From positions 41,974,001-42,038,000 of the forward strand of contig OX597816.1 in assembly GCA_951406725.2 (NCBI GenBank): DNA of 64,000 nucleotides. Reading direction: 5' to 3'. The position numbers and the translations under genes are program-made. Within the stretch, counting starts at the first letter, position 1. Every line of letters begins with the position of its first letter. The stretch comes from Octopus vulgaris (Eukaryota). Below, in pieces: positions 12,695-26,569 of the stretch. Under the pieces are notes generated by a model. The model was given only the letters and a program-made list of their open reading frames with translations, was not told the DNA's origin and ran no database searches.

Positions 12695-13884
12695 TACATG
12701 TTTACACATTTATCGCCTTCAAAAGTTTGTCCACTTGAACCAATGCATCGATCAAGACGCATTTTCCACCGTTGTGAAATGATGTCTTTTAACTTCATCC
12801 GTTCCTTTTTTTCTTCACCTCTTCGACATTTGCAATACAATTTCCTTTGAGAACGGTTTTTATTCATTCGGGGAAACAAAAAATGTTGCGAGGAGCAAGA
12901 TCGGGTGAATAGGGAGGGTGGTTAAACAGGATAATGCCATTTTTGAGGAAAAACTTTCTCACACTCAAGGTGGTGTGCGAATATGCATTGTTGTGATGAA
13001 AGCGCCACGGCGTTTTCGTCTCGCCGTGTCTCGCAAACGTTTCAGAACTGCAATGTAAAATGTCTGTTTAAAAGTTTGACCAGATGGAACGAAGACTGTG
13101 TTGACAATTCTCTTCGCATCGATGAAATAAATCAGCATTGTCTTGACATTGTACTTCACTTGATGGAATTATAGGGGCGGGCGTGTTGACATTGAACGCT
13201 TCCATTGACTTGATTGCTGCTTGTTTCCGGGTTGTATCTGTAGCACTAGCTTTCGTCACCAGTGATGACCTTTGAATAGGGTTCGTATTAACTGCCAAGT
13301 CTTCTTTCACTACACGATGCGCATTCAGTCGTGACTGCTTTTGATCTTCCGTGAGCGAACGATGCACAAATTTTGCTGCAACTCTTTTCATTCGCAATTC
13401 CTCGCTGAAAATTCGTTAGCTGGAACTCCAGTACACACTAGTCATATCAACGATACGTCAATTATGCGGCCTTGCGTGATGTTCTCCTTCGTTCAGGTGG
13501 TCGCCCTGAGAGAGGTTTGCTTCAAGCAACGTGACCATTCCTAAATCGTAGAAACAACTAGTAAACCTGTGTTTTGTTCATGGCAGCATCCTTCTAAGAT
13601 GTTTGAAGCATGGCAGTTCTTTCGGCTGCCGTTTTCTCAAGCAGAAAAGAGAATTTCACGGAAGCACGCTGTCCCTTTCGTATCAGCCCTCGCAAAAGTC
13701 GACGAAGAGTGGAGTAGCACTGCAAAACAAAGACGCACCACGTGGCAGTCCAAAGTCTGTGGACGAACCTGGTCGGCAGACGCATGCCTGAGGATCGCAT
13801 CATGTGGCTTCTAGCAGCGGAAGCCTGAACTACAACGGGCTTGTCCCACAGAAAGCATCTCCCTTTACTTTTGGGTACCCTCTT
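12695..13884 (-). mobile_element. Degenerate near-full-length mariner transposase
   Basis: MKRVAAKFVHRSLTEDQKQSR and NVKTMLIYFIDAKRIVNTVFVPSGQT...LKRLRD, with C-terminal QRWKMRLDRCIGSSGQTFEGDK. Many frameshifts. Confidence 0.88.
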
Positions 13885-14464
13885 TTATTTTTCTAGGTTG
13901 AAATTCCATCGATACAATTTGCCCTTTACGTCTATCCGAGTATGTTCAATTGATGATCTATACATAAGTGATATGTCTCTGTTGCTGATTATTATTAAAT
14001 AGATAATATTTTATTAAACTAAGTGTGTAATAACGCTAAGTGATCTAAATAAAATCTGAATGTCTTATACTGGTAAAAGGCGTCGAATGCGTGCAAAGAG
14101 AACAAAACTAACACACTTCGTTAAGACCATTTCCATCTATAAAATAGCTGACACTTCTACTCAATGAAGATAACTAAAATAACTTATAATCGAGCAAATC
14201 AATTATTTTGCCTCAAACAACTTCTGGATATATTGCAAAAAATAACATTATTTGAGATATGATTTCCAATATCCTGTAAGATTTTCATGGATTCCCATAT
14301 TAATATCAAAATATCACAAGCACGAAAATTAGCAATAATGATGCCAATTATATATGTATATATATATATATATAATTTGTTCACATGTCCTGGTAGACTT
14401 GGGACTTTAGATACTTTTCGATTTTGGATTTCGTTTATGGAGAACAAGTGCACATTTTCAAATA

Positions 14465-14668
14465 TGGCAGAAACGTTAGCAAGTCGGGCGAAATGCATAG
14501 TGGTAGTTCGTTTACCAGTACATTCTGAGTTCAAATTCCGTTGAGGTCGACTTTGCATTTCATCCTTTCGGGATCGATAATGTAAGTACAAGTTGCGTAC
14601 TGGGGGCGATCTAATCGACTAGTCCCTCCGTAAAATTCTCGGGCCCTGTTCCTAGAGTAGAAAAGGAT
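14465..14668 (+). mobile_element. SINE family B (GGCAGAAACGTTAGC...GAGTTCAAATTCCG)
   Basis: B-box-like GAGTTCAAATTCC. Similar to copies at 55102, 56942 and 57171. Confidence 0.85.
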
Positions 14669-14699
14669 AACACACACATCTCAGTGGACGTTGCGGAGT

Positions 14700-15950
14700 C
14701 TAAGATACAGATCCTTGAGCACGGTTATTCTTCTACAATCAAAGACTTCACTCAGAACTTTGGAGATAAAGTTGAAGCATCTTGGGAAAAGAACTTTCAG
14801 TCTATGTCTACCTAAATGAGTTAACAATAAATGTATAAATCATCATATAATATTGATCCGTAAATTTGAAATTCATTTTTGATATTGAATTTGTTCTTTA
14901 AACTGAAGTTATCCCCTACATTGATAACGTAAAAGATTTTAGTGTTGTTCTGGTTTGAGTTCATGGCTTTGACGTGCCTTCTGAGAGTACTTAGATAAAC
15001 CAATGAAGAATGACATTCTAGCTGTGGCCACCACATATTCTTATATTTCAGAAATATGTCATGTCTTTCCTTAATCAGTGAATACAAACATGTAAATTCA
15101 ATCGATTAGACTGTCAGTTCTTGGCCTGTTCTGAAATTCTATTCATTTATACAATCACATCTTCATTATATCAGTATTATCTCAATCCGTCTTTATTTGC
15201 CATTCGAACTTACCGGAATTTCCCCGATGATGTTTAAAGCTTTATTGGATATTTAACAAAGTTTTAAGTATGTTCGCAAACTCAATCACAGCCTTACTCC
15301 GTTGTATAATCCGTCACAAATTCAGTTCTTTTCAAATCAGTTTTCTTTTATTTCACATTACTTTTTATATTCCCATATATTCTCTTACCTTTTACTCACA
15401 CTGTTTCTTTCCATTTTCTAACTCTTTCACAGTAATATACTTAGTCATTTAGGTTTTGTCATTCTCATTCTTTAAAGAAATACTGTTCTGAAAATATTTG
15501 AAACTGTCGAAAATTTTTGAAAGGCATGACATATTTTTGATATATAAAAAATGTCGACGTAGTAAAGACGTCAGTTCTTCAACCGCACTATTATTAGGAG
15601 TATTTACTTTGGCAAGCTCCCATGTATCGGGGTCGATATATGTGGGACATATGAAAACAGGCTGCAGTTTCACATATCCTTGTGAGCGAACCGTTCATTT
15701 TAAACCAAATTTTCAATCGTCCATCCCTGTTGTAACAAGTATTGATTTTATAGCATTGGTTAGCTCTGGGAGCTCTCTGTTCAAATAGTCTATGTTGAAA
15801 GCGTCTCTGTGGATAATTCAATCGAAAGAAGTGCTGTCAGACTTCGCAACAGCATGAGTGTCTGCCGATTACACATCAACTTTCCAATCAATTATTTGAA
15901 GTTCATCAGTACTCATCCCTCATGGAGGCCACTGATGTACACTTTCCTTT
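14700..15950 (-). mobile_element. Highly decayed L1/Tx1-like LINE ORF2 (AP endonuclease and linker)
   Basis: Minus-frame peptides IIHRDAFNIDYL (GDFN-like), KYFQNSISLKNE (WKFNNSLL-like), IIQRSKAVIEF and VKAMNSNQN occur in the expected order. Many stops. Confidence 0.4.
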
Positions 15951-18900
15951 TGCATCATAATCTGACAACTAAATCTCTCACACATGCAAGGAATTCTAAC
16001 TCTATATACACAAATAGACACATTTCATACATCACATGTCCAAAAATTTTAAACAGCGCTGGATGTTTTCCGAATCTAATACGCATTCAGTCAACAGGCA
16101 ATAAGAATAGAAAGAAGTTACAAAATAAGTCACATAGCACTGTTGCCTGACAACCACAACCACCCACATCCAAAACTCCTTCCAAATACAGGCCAATAGG
16201 CAATGATTACAAAGAACAAAGTGATAAATAATTTACACTCACTTGCTGATATACTCTGTATTTTACGTTTCTTTCACTTCTTTTGTGATAACATGGATCT
16301 TTATGTAACACAATTCACCGATCCTTATCCTTATTGAATTTCCTCCGCCAAACATTGCAAGGAACTCTTCTCAACATATGTCTTTGATTTTCACTATTTC
16401 CTCATATATTCAGGCAACTAAAGTTTCTTTGTTCTATTCTATTTTAAAACTTTCTCAAATTTAATATCAGCTTTATTCCGTGACCGCAGGACCAGAAAAC
16501 ATTTTCTACAGTAATACGAGACGAAGAGGTCTTTAAGCATTAACATTTCTGAATAACAACACAGAATGTATTACATTAGGCTTCAATGATGTGTGACCTA
16601 TAACATTACAGAAAATCATTGATGTTAAAATACCTTTCATTTTAATAGATGTAATTCCTCTGAATTTAATTTCATTGAAATATATGCTCATCTCAAACGA
16701 AATACTTCATTAAAAACAAACTTGGGCCGAACTCAATAATATAACTGTTGGACAAAACGAGTATTCCAGTTCAAAGATTGTTGAGAATGGTTAATTTTTG
16801 AATTGATTATACAAACATTGGATATTTAAAACAACGGCATTAGCTTGTGAACCGAGATTGAACGTGTCATCTCTAATGAAACGCAAGAATAATATCGACC
16901 GCTGGCTACAAGTTAATCACTCTTTAATTCATAATAAAACATCTTAAGATTGCGGCCATTGAAATAATAAAAGAAAGAAGACCAAAACATAAAATAAAAT
17001 AAAATGTTTGAACAATTGAGTCTGACTGGATTTTATTGATGTTCTGCGCTGTGATAATGAGGTTTTCAAAATGGTTGGATAGCATTGCATCTTAAAAGAA
17101 AATATGTTAATGGAGACAATCATCTTATTGTATCCGATTACTTTTGATCTGTCGTACATTATCATTAAACAGAGTCCTATTCCAACTGGTAACAATCGAT
17201 AACATTGTTAGCTGTATCTGAAATTTTTGTTTATGGTCCTGATTATAATTTATTTTTCAGGCGGCCATTTATTTAGAGACAAAACACATAGAAGTTACTT
17301 TCAAGTTGCAACTTAACTTATGCGAAATAACTATTTACACTATGAAGCATCCAGTGTGATATATTGTACACCAAGTTCGTAAGTTCAGTCATCATTATGG
17401 GGAATTCGTCGCACAAATATATGTTTGTACTTCATGATAAAATTTAAGAAAATTTAAGTCGTACTCTAAGTACATATAGAGGTATTGTTTTCATATATTA
17501 TGAATAAAGTGTTAAAAGTATTACTCATATTAGAGTTTGCTTTCAGTGTCCATGAACTCTGAAGCAAGTTCACGGCATGGAAGAGTGCAACGCAGTGCAT
17601 ACGTCTCCTGAGCAACTGTAAGATAACATCTTGAACGAAGAACTGGAATAAAGGTCACAAAAAATACACAAATATATATCTATAAGAGGTAGATTGTATT
17701 ATATGTATATGGCTATAACAATGTGATCTTCATTTCAGCTAGTTCCTTCAATAGATTTAAAATTCTGTTCATTCATATCACACGAGTATTGAATTTTATT
17801 ATTCATATAACTACGTCAATTTATTAAATTTTTCCCCTAAATTTGTCTCTTCATCTAAACGCTACTCGAAAGTAATTTGGAATTTGTATTATGTGATCTT
17901 TGGACATTCTTACAAGGCATACTTCACCATGGTGGTTTTCCTATTTTGTCCTTAATAGACAGCAGAAAAACGTTTCGTTACGGATCATACAATCTGTGAC
18001 ACGAAATAGTTTTAGTTGAACTGTAATTTACAGGAACGATTTTCTACTATATCAAGGAGGCTCCACGACGATAAATATTCTAAAACGTATTTTAAGACTA
18101 AACCTTTCCATTAACTTATATATTTGTAATTTTACATAAGAAAAAATTATTCAACATCGAGAGACATCGGAACATAACAAACTCGTTCATGCATTAGATA
18201 AGGATGAAATATGCTGCGATGGCAATTTTTTTTTCAATGTCAAATGTAACAAACTGAAACTTTATAAATCAAGGTTATTTGTGATATAAGCGGAAAGATT
18301 AATCAAAACTTTACATATTTTGTCCTTAATGTTATAAATCATTGCCTTTCATGTGGAACTGAAGGTTTAATTGTTTCACTGCATTAAACTCGACTTTCTT
18401 ACTTGTTTCTGGCATAAATCATGCAACAGTATTTCAAACATGCATACCAAAATAGCAGTTGTCCAAATATTCTTCCTAGATCATCGCGTAAAACTTACAT
18501 TGTGAAATGAAGGAACGTAGAAGGGAAATAATCATTTATAATTGGATCAGGAACGATTTTCATATGCCACAAATATGTTTGACTGAGTGAAGTGGTAGAA
18601 AATGAACAAACTATATATAAACAGAGTATATAAGAACATATATAAGACAACCACGAGGTACAATTATGAAAACCGTCAATATTTTCGTCATATATTTGTG
18701 AAGAATTTCGTTTACGCTGAGATATTGGTATGCAAAATGTGAAAAACATTAGACGACAAAATTTGATGTGTAAATCGATATCAAATATCCATGTATAACA
18801 GTGATATCTGGATAACCGGCATTATATATTTAGTTTTGTTGACGAAACTTCATTATTTGTAACAGACATTGGTTCTACAAAAAGTATTTCAGTAAAGCAA

Positions 18901-19281
18901 GAAATTACAAAATACTCATATAAGAATATCAATAATGTATGTTGCTATGTATAGTTCGCGTCAGGCTTAGCAGTTTGGAATTTGTTTCCTATTTAATATC
19001 AGTTTCCATTTTTCTCAATAGAGTTACATCAATTCTGTAACTCAACGTTGCTAATCTTTCACAGGTTCTTTTATGTTTTGATGTAGGAAAAAATTCCACA
19101 AATTCTATTCTATATATCAAGAAAGTATCAGGTAAATGTCTCTCTAAATATCGTTACTATAAGTCAATATAATGACGTAGTCCCAGCATAGCCATAGCGT
19201 TCGTGCTGAAAGTAGTTAAAAAATACGTATATATATATGTATATGTATATATATATGTATATATATGTATGTATATATATT

Positions 19282-19337
<56 letters not shown>

Positions 19338-19599
19338 CGTATACATAATATTATTGAAATTAATAATAATATGTACCAAAATTTATGCCAACACAACATT
19401 ATCAAAGTAATCCAAAATGGTCAAATTGTAACTGAACATCAGAAAAGGAATTGACTTGCGAAAAAACGCTAACAAAAAGAAACAACAAATGAAATTTAAC
19501 TTTGTTATGCTTAATAGATAGTATTTCTACATTTTACTTGATGATTCTATGATATGCTTAATAGATAACTGAATAATAAAAGCTACAGATAAGAATTCT

Positions 19600-21180
19600 C
19601 CACACGGCTTAATGGAAACATATATTTTATCTCATAATAATTAATTACCTATTTATTTAATATATAAAAAACCCTTCTATAGGAGCTAACCTTATTTTAT
19701 AATAACTGAAGAGTTATTATATTCAACAATATATACAGCCGCCGAGGATTTCACTGGGTAATTGGAGAATAAAAATTAGAGAAAAGACCACCATTATTCA
19801 CTATAATATATTCTTATATAAGTATTAACATTATATAATAATTCAAAAATTAATATAATTAATAATATATAATATTCTTGATCATTACGGTAGATGAGTA
19901 AAGAATAAAATTAACGGAAAATATAAATACCTATTTATATTTATATGATAACCTTGTATAGGAATCTAGGTTATCATATAATATTTGAACAATTACTATA
20001 ATTAATAATATTTACAATTCTTGATGATCTCGGAGGATAATTAAATGAATAAAAAATGTATACATAAGTATTTTACGTTATGCTTAATCGAAGCTTAGAT
20101 ACTTTACATCGCAAGAACTAATTACTTATTGATTATATTAAGCGCTTTAATAGTAATCAGACTTATTATATACTAATTACTTAAATGATTATAATACATA
20201 ATAATTGAAATATTTGAATGTCTTTCTAAATTTGTTGCGTCATCTTAAAGTTAAGTGCCCATTAAACTTCAATAAAATTAATTTAGAAGTAATTATAAAA
20301 TATAATCCTTCGAGGCAAAGAGTACAAGTAAAATTACCTAAATTATACGATGGTGCATAATTAATAATGGATAGCTTTAAAATATATTTAATTTTCTTAC
20401 CCTTCAAATTCCAAATGGAATTACTAAGATTAGTAGAATTACATTTACTTCTAGAATATAGATTTCAAACCAGGAGCAGAAGAACCGATATGCCAATACT
20501 TACGATGCATAGTTATTACTTCGCAATGATATATTATATTCTTTAAACATTAATTTCCTAAACGGTATCGAGTTTTGTATACACAATTGCACTTGGATTT
20601 GTACACTCGTATATTGGCTGCATATAAGAATTTCTGTTAGCACCTGTATGTAAAATGAGGTTTTAAGGTTAGATTATAATTATTATTGTTATTAAAATTA
20701 ATATAAACACGAGATAAAAGACTAACTATATCATTAGCATTTTGATCAATTATAGAAACTAAACCGTGTTCCGAATTATTATCAATAACGTTAATTTCAC
20801 TATACATATTATCAGTTCTATAATTATTTATAAATTTAGAATTTGTGTATTCTCTAAATTACTGTTTATTTTGTACTGCAATAATCTCAGTTTAAATTTT
20901 AGTAGTGAATACGAAAACTTAACACACTGTCAATTAAATAATTTTTCTTTCTTACATGAAGGTGGGTAATACCTATCTAGTGCTACAAAGAATTTTCGAG
21001 GGATATTAGAAGCTATTGAATAGGAAAATGGAGTCTTATAATATATATCATTTATTGAGCTATTTTTCTTATTTCTATAAATATTTTTGTCAGTATTACT
21101 TTTATTAAAATTGAATGGTTTCCTATTATAATTTCTATTCATAAATTTGTAGTTTTTATGATTATCATTCCTCCATAACA
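19600..21180 (-). mobile_element. Decayed Penelope-like element 3' part (GIY-YIG) with repeated downstream region
   Basis: DIYYKTPFSYSIASNIPRKFFVALDRYYP...KLFN*QCVKFSYS and CNCVYKTRYRLGN*CLKNIIYHCEV...HIGSS match the PLE WFNPPFS...KVSYS and CNC..CPL..C..IIY motifs. Confidence 0.72.
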
Positions 21181-21189
21181 CGACGTAGG

Positions 21190-22370
21190 TAAAAATACAC
21201 CCGAGAATTTAGTCATCTATCAAGTCACATCCAGGACCTCAGGCAGATAACAATTTCAATAAGATGTGTGATGTACCCAATAAAGCTGCTTTTTGAAATA
21301 CATCAATATTTTGTGGGAGTTCCAGTTACCTTAAGAAGATTTGAAGTTTCAATGGACTTGAGCCCAACGCTCCGATTAACACTGGTATCACTTTTACATT
21401 ACCCTATCGCATTCCATACAGTGTTCCCATTTCCAATTTCAATTCAGAGTTCTTGGTGATTTTTCACAACATTCATGTAATTTGTTATGGCTACATCAAT
21501 GATATGAAGGTATTTGTTTCTCTTATTCAATATGACACTATACTGCCGACGGTGCCTGATTACACGATCCGTCTGAAAATCATACTCCTAGAGAATCGTT
21601 ACTATTTCATCCTCCTGCATAACTTTCTTGGTACATGCTCGCAGCAGTATTTGCGTCATAACATTGTTGCTGGGCTTGTATTCTTTTTGCACAGGGCTCT
21701 CATTTTAACTTGCCAAGTGGTTCACATTTTAACACTCTTTCCACAAAGTCGTTTTATAGATGGTATCCTTCACTGAATTGGTAGCAAGAGCCTGGTCATG
21801 TGCAGCAATGATTAAGTTTTTAGTGGTACGCTTCAAATCACCTCACTCAAGCCATGCCCACGACGCTTAACGTCCTGTGTATTCCTTTGAAACTGTCCAA
21901 GCATTCTCATTTCAAGACGGTCTTATTTTCACTTCTCCTATGCTCTTTGGTTAAAAAATTCCTTGCCCAAAATTTCACCTGCATTTACACCAATATCTTT
22001 TGCGGTATATTGCAGCAAGACTTCCTCGCCGTTTATCAAATAACTAACAAGCTTTCTCCTTATCAATTAGTTCTCTGCCACCATTCTTTCATTTCATATA
22101 CAGTCTGTTTACGTTTGCTTTAGAGTGTAGCGCCCCGTGCAGCGTCATCAACTTTCTCGTCCTTCTATCCAATGTTGATATTTCCTCCTTTTTCCATTTG
22201 GGGATGGACGTACTATATCGGACCAACGAAACTGACAAGATATTCATTGTGGTAATCACATTTTTGGCATTTAGGTTGGATTTCAACACTGTCTTCACCC
22301 TTTATTTATACACTTCGCTGACCATGACTTTCAGTTCTCTGTGGAGAATGTCATTCAGCTCCAAAATCTC
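21190..22370 (-). mobile_element. R4/Dong-clade non-LTR retrotransposon 3' fragment (decayed)
   Basis: LKSNLNAKNVITTMNILSVSLVRYS...LDRRTRKLMTLHGALHSKANVNRLY and AAHDQALATN. Homologous to 62366-64000. Confidence 0.85.
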
Positions 22371-22420
<50 letters not shown>

Positions 22421-22439
22421 TAATAATGATAATAATTAC

Positions 22440-22505
<66 letters not shown>

Positions 22506-22514
22506 CATTATTAT
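22371..22514. repeat. (AAT)n followed by (ATT)n microsatellite
   Basis: Direct sequence. Confidence 0.95.
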
Positions 22515-22890
22515 TTTATATTTGACTTTTGCTTTAAATTTGTACAAGTTGGCTCCAACCATCACCCAAAGACCTCAAGAGACAACAAGTTAGAAGTTCA
22601 TGCTGGTGTTATGCCTAGGGTGCCATAAATTTGGTTTTTTAACTTAGTTTTGTTCTAGAGAATGTTTAAGAAACCATAAGGAAATTAAGTGTTTGTTTTA
22701 AAATTTGTGTTTACATAGAAAGTATTTTGCGTAGGATATGGGTAGTTCCGCTGAACACTATCTTTTGAATTTCTGCCATTTTGGGGTTTCTTGGTATCTG
22801 AGCTAGGTAGCTTATTGATAATCTTTCGAAACAGTGTTTAGATTCTATATTTGATGGAAATACTGATAATGTAGTTAGTGTTTCACCTTC
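22515..22890 (-). mobile_element. R4/Dong extreme 3' end and UTR
   Basis: AEIQKIVFSGTTHILRKILSM* (QK..LLGTAHILR motif). The 3' end runs into (TAA)n. Confidence 0.78.
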
Positions 22891-22901
22891 AATTAATAAT
22901 G

Positions 22902-22980
<79 letters not shown>

Positions 22981-22985
<5 letters not shown>

Positions 22986-23466
22986 GAGAGAGCAGTTCAT
23001 GCCATCAAAGTGACACTGGGGTAAAATCTTAAGATGGGCTACAGCAAATATTCTGCTCAATACCACAGATTTGCTTGTCAGTTGTTTGACCTTAACCAGT
23101 AGAGCATGTCCCTTAGTGGCTGACGATATGTGCATCTCTGATCACGAGCATAAGTAGTGGGGGAGCATCATAGCCATGTGTTGAGAGGGATTCTTTGGGG
23201 TTTGAATAATTCACCTCTAGAAACATGGGTGGTTCTTTCAACATCCTTAAACATCCCTTATTCAGGGACCTTTTGAGCGGGATGGGCTACTCAACCCGCA
23301 AGGTCATGTGCTGTTTATCTTGATATAAGATCACAATGTCGCGCACATATCGTTGTGATGCATGTGCCTGGTGTACCCTTATCAGACGGGTAGTCATGAT
23401 GGGTATATTGGGCTTCGTATATTTTACCCCAGTGTCACTTTGATGGCATGAACTGCTCTCTCATTC

Positions 23467-23467
<1 letters not shown>
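22981..23467 (+). mobile_element. About 450-bp non-coding repeat inserted in (TAA)n; this copy has a 47-bp inverted terminal duplication
   Basis: Reverse complement of 61820-62273. Ends CTCTCTCATTCA(ATA)n. Confidence 0.8.
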
Positions 23468-23519
<52 letters not shown>

Positions 23520-24640
23520 TTATAATCCACCATGAACACTCAGTTTACAGACCGGCGAGTAATAAGGTGGTGATATATTTTATTGAGACAACACGAATAC
23601 AAGTCTTTGTGTATATGTATGTTATTTTATGCATGGATACCTTTGATGCAAGTTTGACGAAGTGCTTCTCTAAAGTCTAAAACCGTAAGCATTATGTGAA
23701 TTTTTATAGACCATTTTTTCGTACACTGGCGTCGCAAAAGATATGTTACGAAAATACGAAAATAACTGTAACTAATAATTTAAGACCTGTTAAAGAACAT
23801 GCACCTGTATACATACATACATACATACAAAAAAATATATATATATATAAATATGTATATATATATATATTTATATATATAAATATATATATATACATAC
23901 ACATATGTACATACACATATATACATACAAATATATATATCTATATATATATATGCATATTAAGCTATACTTTTACTTATATAATATGCGCATTAATGTA
24001 AGCATGATGAACGACTGCATAAAGAATTGTCGTCGCATTTTTAAATGCAAATTGGTATTTAATGGATTGGATAGTATAGAATTCTTCGAATCCATCTTAC
24101 ACAAATGAAGCTTTTACATTTACAAGTACGCTGAATACATTTTTCTCATTTCTTTTTAATTAATTTATATATCATAATAGCTCATTTAGTTTTACAACAC
24201 TGATTAATCTTGTCGCAACTGGTATTATAAAATTTCTTTCCTAGACAATGCCTGTGTTATATATTTTTATTTTATTAGTGCCTCAGTTTTGGATTTCCCT
24301 GTTTATTTCACAAGAATAGGTGATAATTTTGCGCTGTTGGAGATTCGTAAACTAAAAAAAAATTTGTCGATAAAGTATTATCTTATTATACTGAGCGCTA
24401 AATAATATCTCTAGCCTGAAACAATTGTTTTATTTATAGCAATACTCAAATGAAGCATACACATTATAATTGGGTATGTTGGGAAATCTTAAAAATGGAA
24501 CTAAAATTATATAGATACAATAAAATTTAAAATATGGCAAACTAACACTATACAATACATATTCAAATGATTGTATTTAAAATAGCATAAAAATATTTTT
24601 TTCGTAAATGACAATGGGAGCTTGCACACACACACACACG

Positions 24641-24680
<40 letters not shown>

Positions 24681-24714
24681 AAATATATATAAATATATAA
24701 TATAATATATATAC

Positions 24715-24786
<72 letters not shown>

Positions 24787-26097
24787 GAAGAGTGTATGAA
24801 AAGTTTTGTGCCTGCACGGCCTTTGAGCCTTGAAATTTTGTATCTTCATCAGAAGTCTCGTAACATATTTTTTCTGTTTTAGGCTCAAGACTGTTCATAA
24901 ACCTCTCGTACATGTGTGTCTGTTAATTTGTATATACCATGATGAGAAAAAATTCTCAGTTATGTTTTTACGTTGATGAAGATGAGGTGCATTCTTTCTT
25001 TATACGTTCCGAGCGATTAGATCGTGGTGATGCTAGTTGCAGTTGTGCTTCATCACTGAAAAACATTCGCTTTCAGACGAATGCGAATTTATAAGAAACT
25101 TGATTCATTAACATCATGTACGTTGAGTCACCAGGTGTTTCGGCATTATTTTGACTCAAAAAACAAACCTCACTCAGTTTCTAGCAAGATGCTGTGGCTG
25201 TTCTTCACTAATTTAGAATATTTACTCTTTTCGAAGTCAACCCATAGCAAACTCATCGCATACAAACGAACTATTCAAACTTACCGAATGATCAAAGGCA
25301 GAATTGAATTTCTGGAAATGAGAGGAAAATTACAAGCAGACATCTAAGAACGTGCAATAATCTAAGATAGAAAGAGTTTAAATACGGGCATGACTATGCT
25401 AGCCATAATCAAGTGTCAAGGAAATTCAGAACATTACGAAATATTAAGAGCTATGCAAAGATAATGGCACATTCTGAATAACACCATCGTTGAACAAATA
25501 TCATTTAAGAACCCACATTTGGCACACACATTTATTATCTTACCATGCAATATACACTATCATTGTATCTAGTTTATTTGATGACCTTACAGAAACCATA
25601 ATTTTTTGTACAAAAGTAATAATCGAAGTTCGAATACGCTGTATAATACATATTTTTAAGGCATTTTGTATGGCAGGACATTTGCTCACTGTACATGCTT
25701 GATTAATTATGCTTTTCTTTATAAGTTGCTTTTGAATGTATAATATACCATGAACATTTACGTGTTAATGTTTATCGTTTAGTTGTTATATGTCATTTTA
25801 CCAATAATTACAACATAATGTACCTATCCTAGATATGCATATCATATTTGTATCTCTATAATTTCTCATAAATGTCTTTATTAATTGTTTCCCCAAATTC
25901 TTCAGCTCCAGAAACGCATTCAAATTCACACTAAAAACATAGGGGGTGGGGTTCTGTACCTATTTTACAAATTACTTTTCTCCGCGTTACTTTTGGTTTT
26001 CTTTTCAATTATTAGAATAGTCTTATCCACTTCAAAGATCTCTCAATCTTTATCAATATCTTCAGTGTAATTTTATGATATTATTCGTTTCATATGT

Positions 26098-26219
26098 TGC
26101 AGGTGTCTGTGCGGGATAAAAAGCTTGATTCCCAACCATACGGTTTCGGTTGAATCCTAATGCCTAGTAACTTGTGCAGGGGTCTTTTATTTGGTAGGGG
26201 AAACTAAAAGAGGTCTGTC

Positions 26220-26262
<43 letters not shown>

Positions 26263-26550
26263 GTCTGTGTATATTTGTGTATGTGCTTGTCCCTCCTCTT
26301 TGTTTGAGAACCGATGTTGCTGAGATTATGTTCCCGTGTCTTAGCGGTCCGGCAATGAAGCCGGTAACACATGTAAAAGTTTAAAAGTAAGTGACACTGA
26401 AGATATTGATAAAGATTGAGAGATCTTTGAAGTGGATAAGACTATTCTAATAATTGAAAAGAAAACCAAAGCGTTTATTCATTCGACTAAAATTCTTGAA
26501 GGCATTTCACCGGTATGCTTACAATCGAATGACCGTAGCAAGTAAAAGAT
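26098..26550 (+). mobile_element. Degenerate SINE family A with a 77-bp foreign insert
   Basis: Similar to 40862-41274. The insert at 26394-26470 is the reverse complement of 25992-26068. Confidence 0.7.
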
Positions 26551-26569
26551 GACCCAATAAGTATCCTAT

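Noticed and set aside
24800-24870. CTGATGA on the minus strand
   Set aside because: No convincing stem II or GAAA follows.
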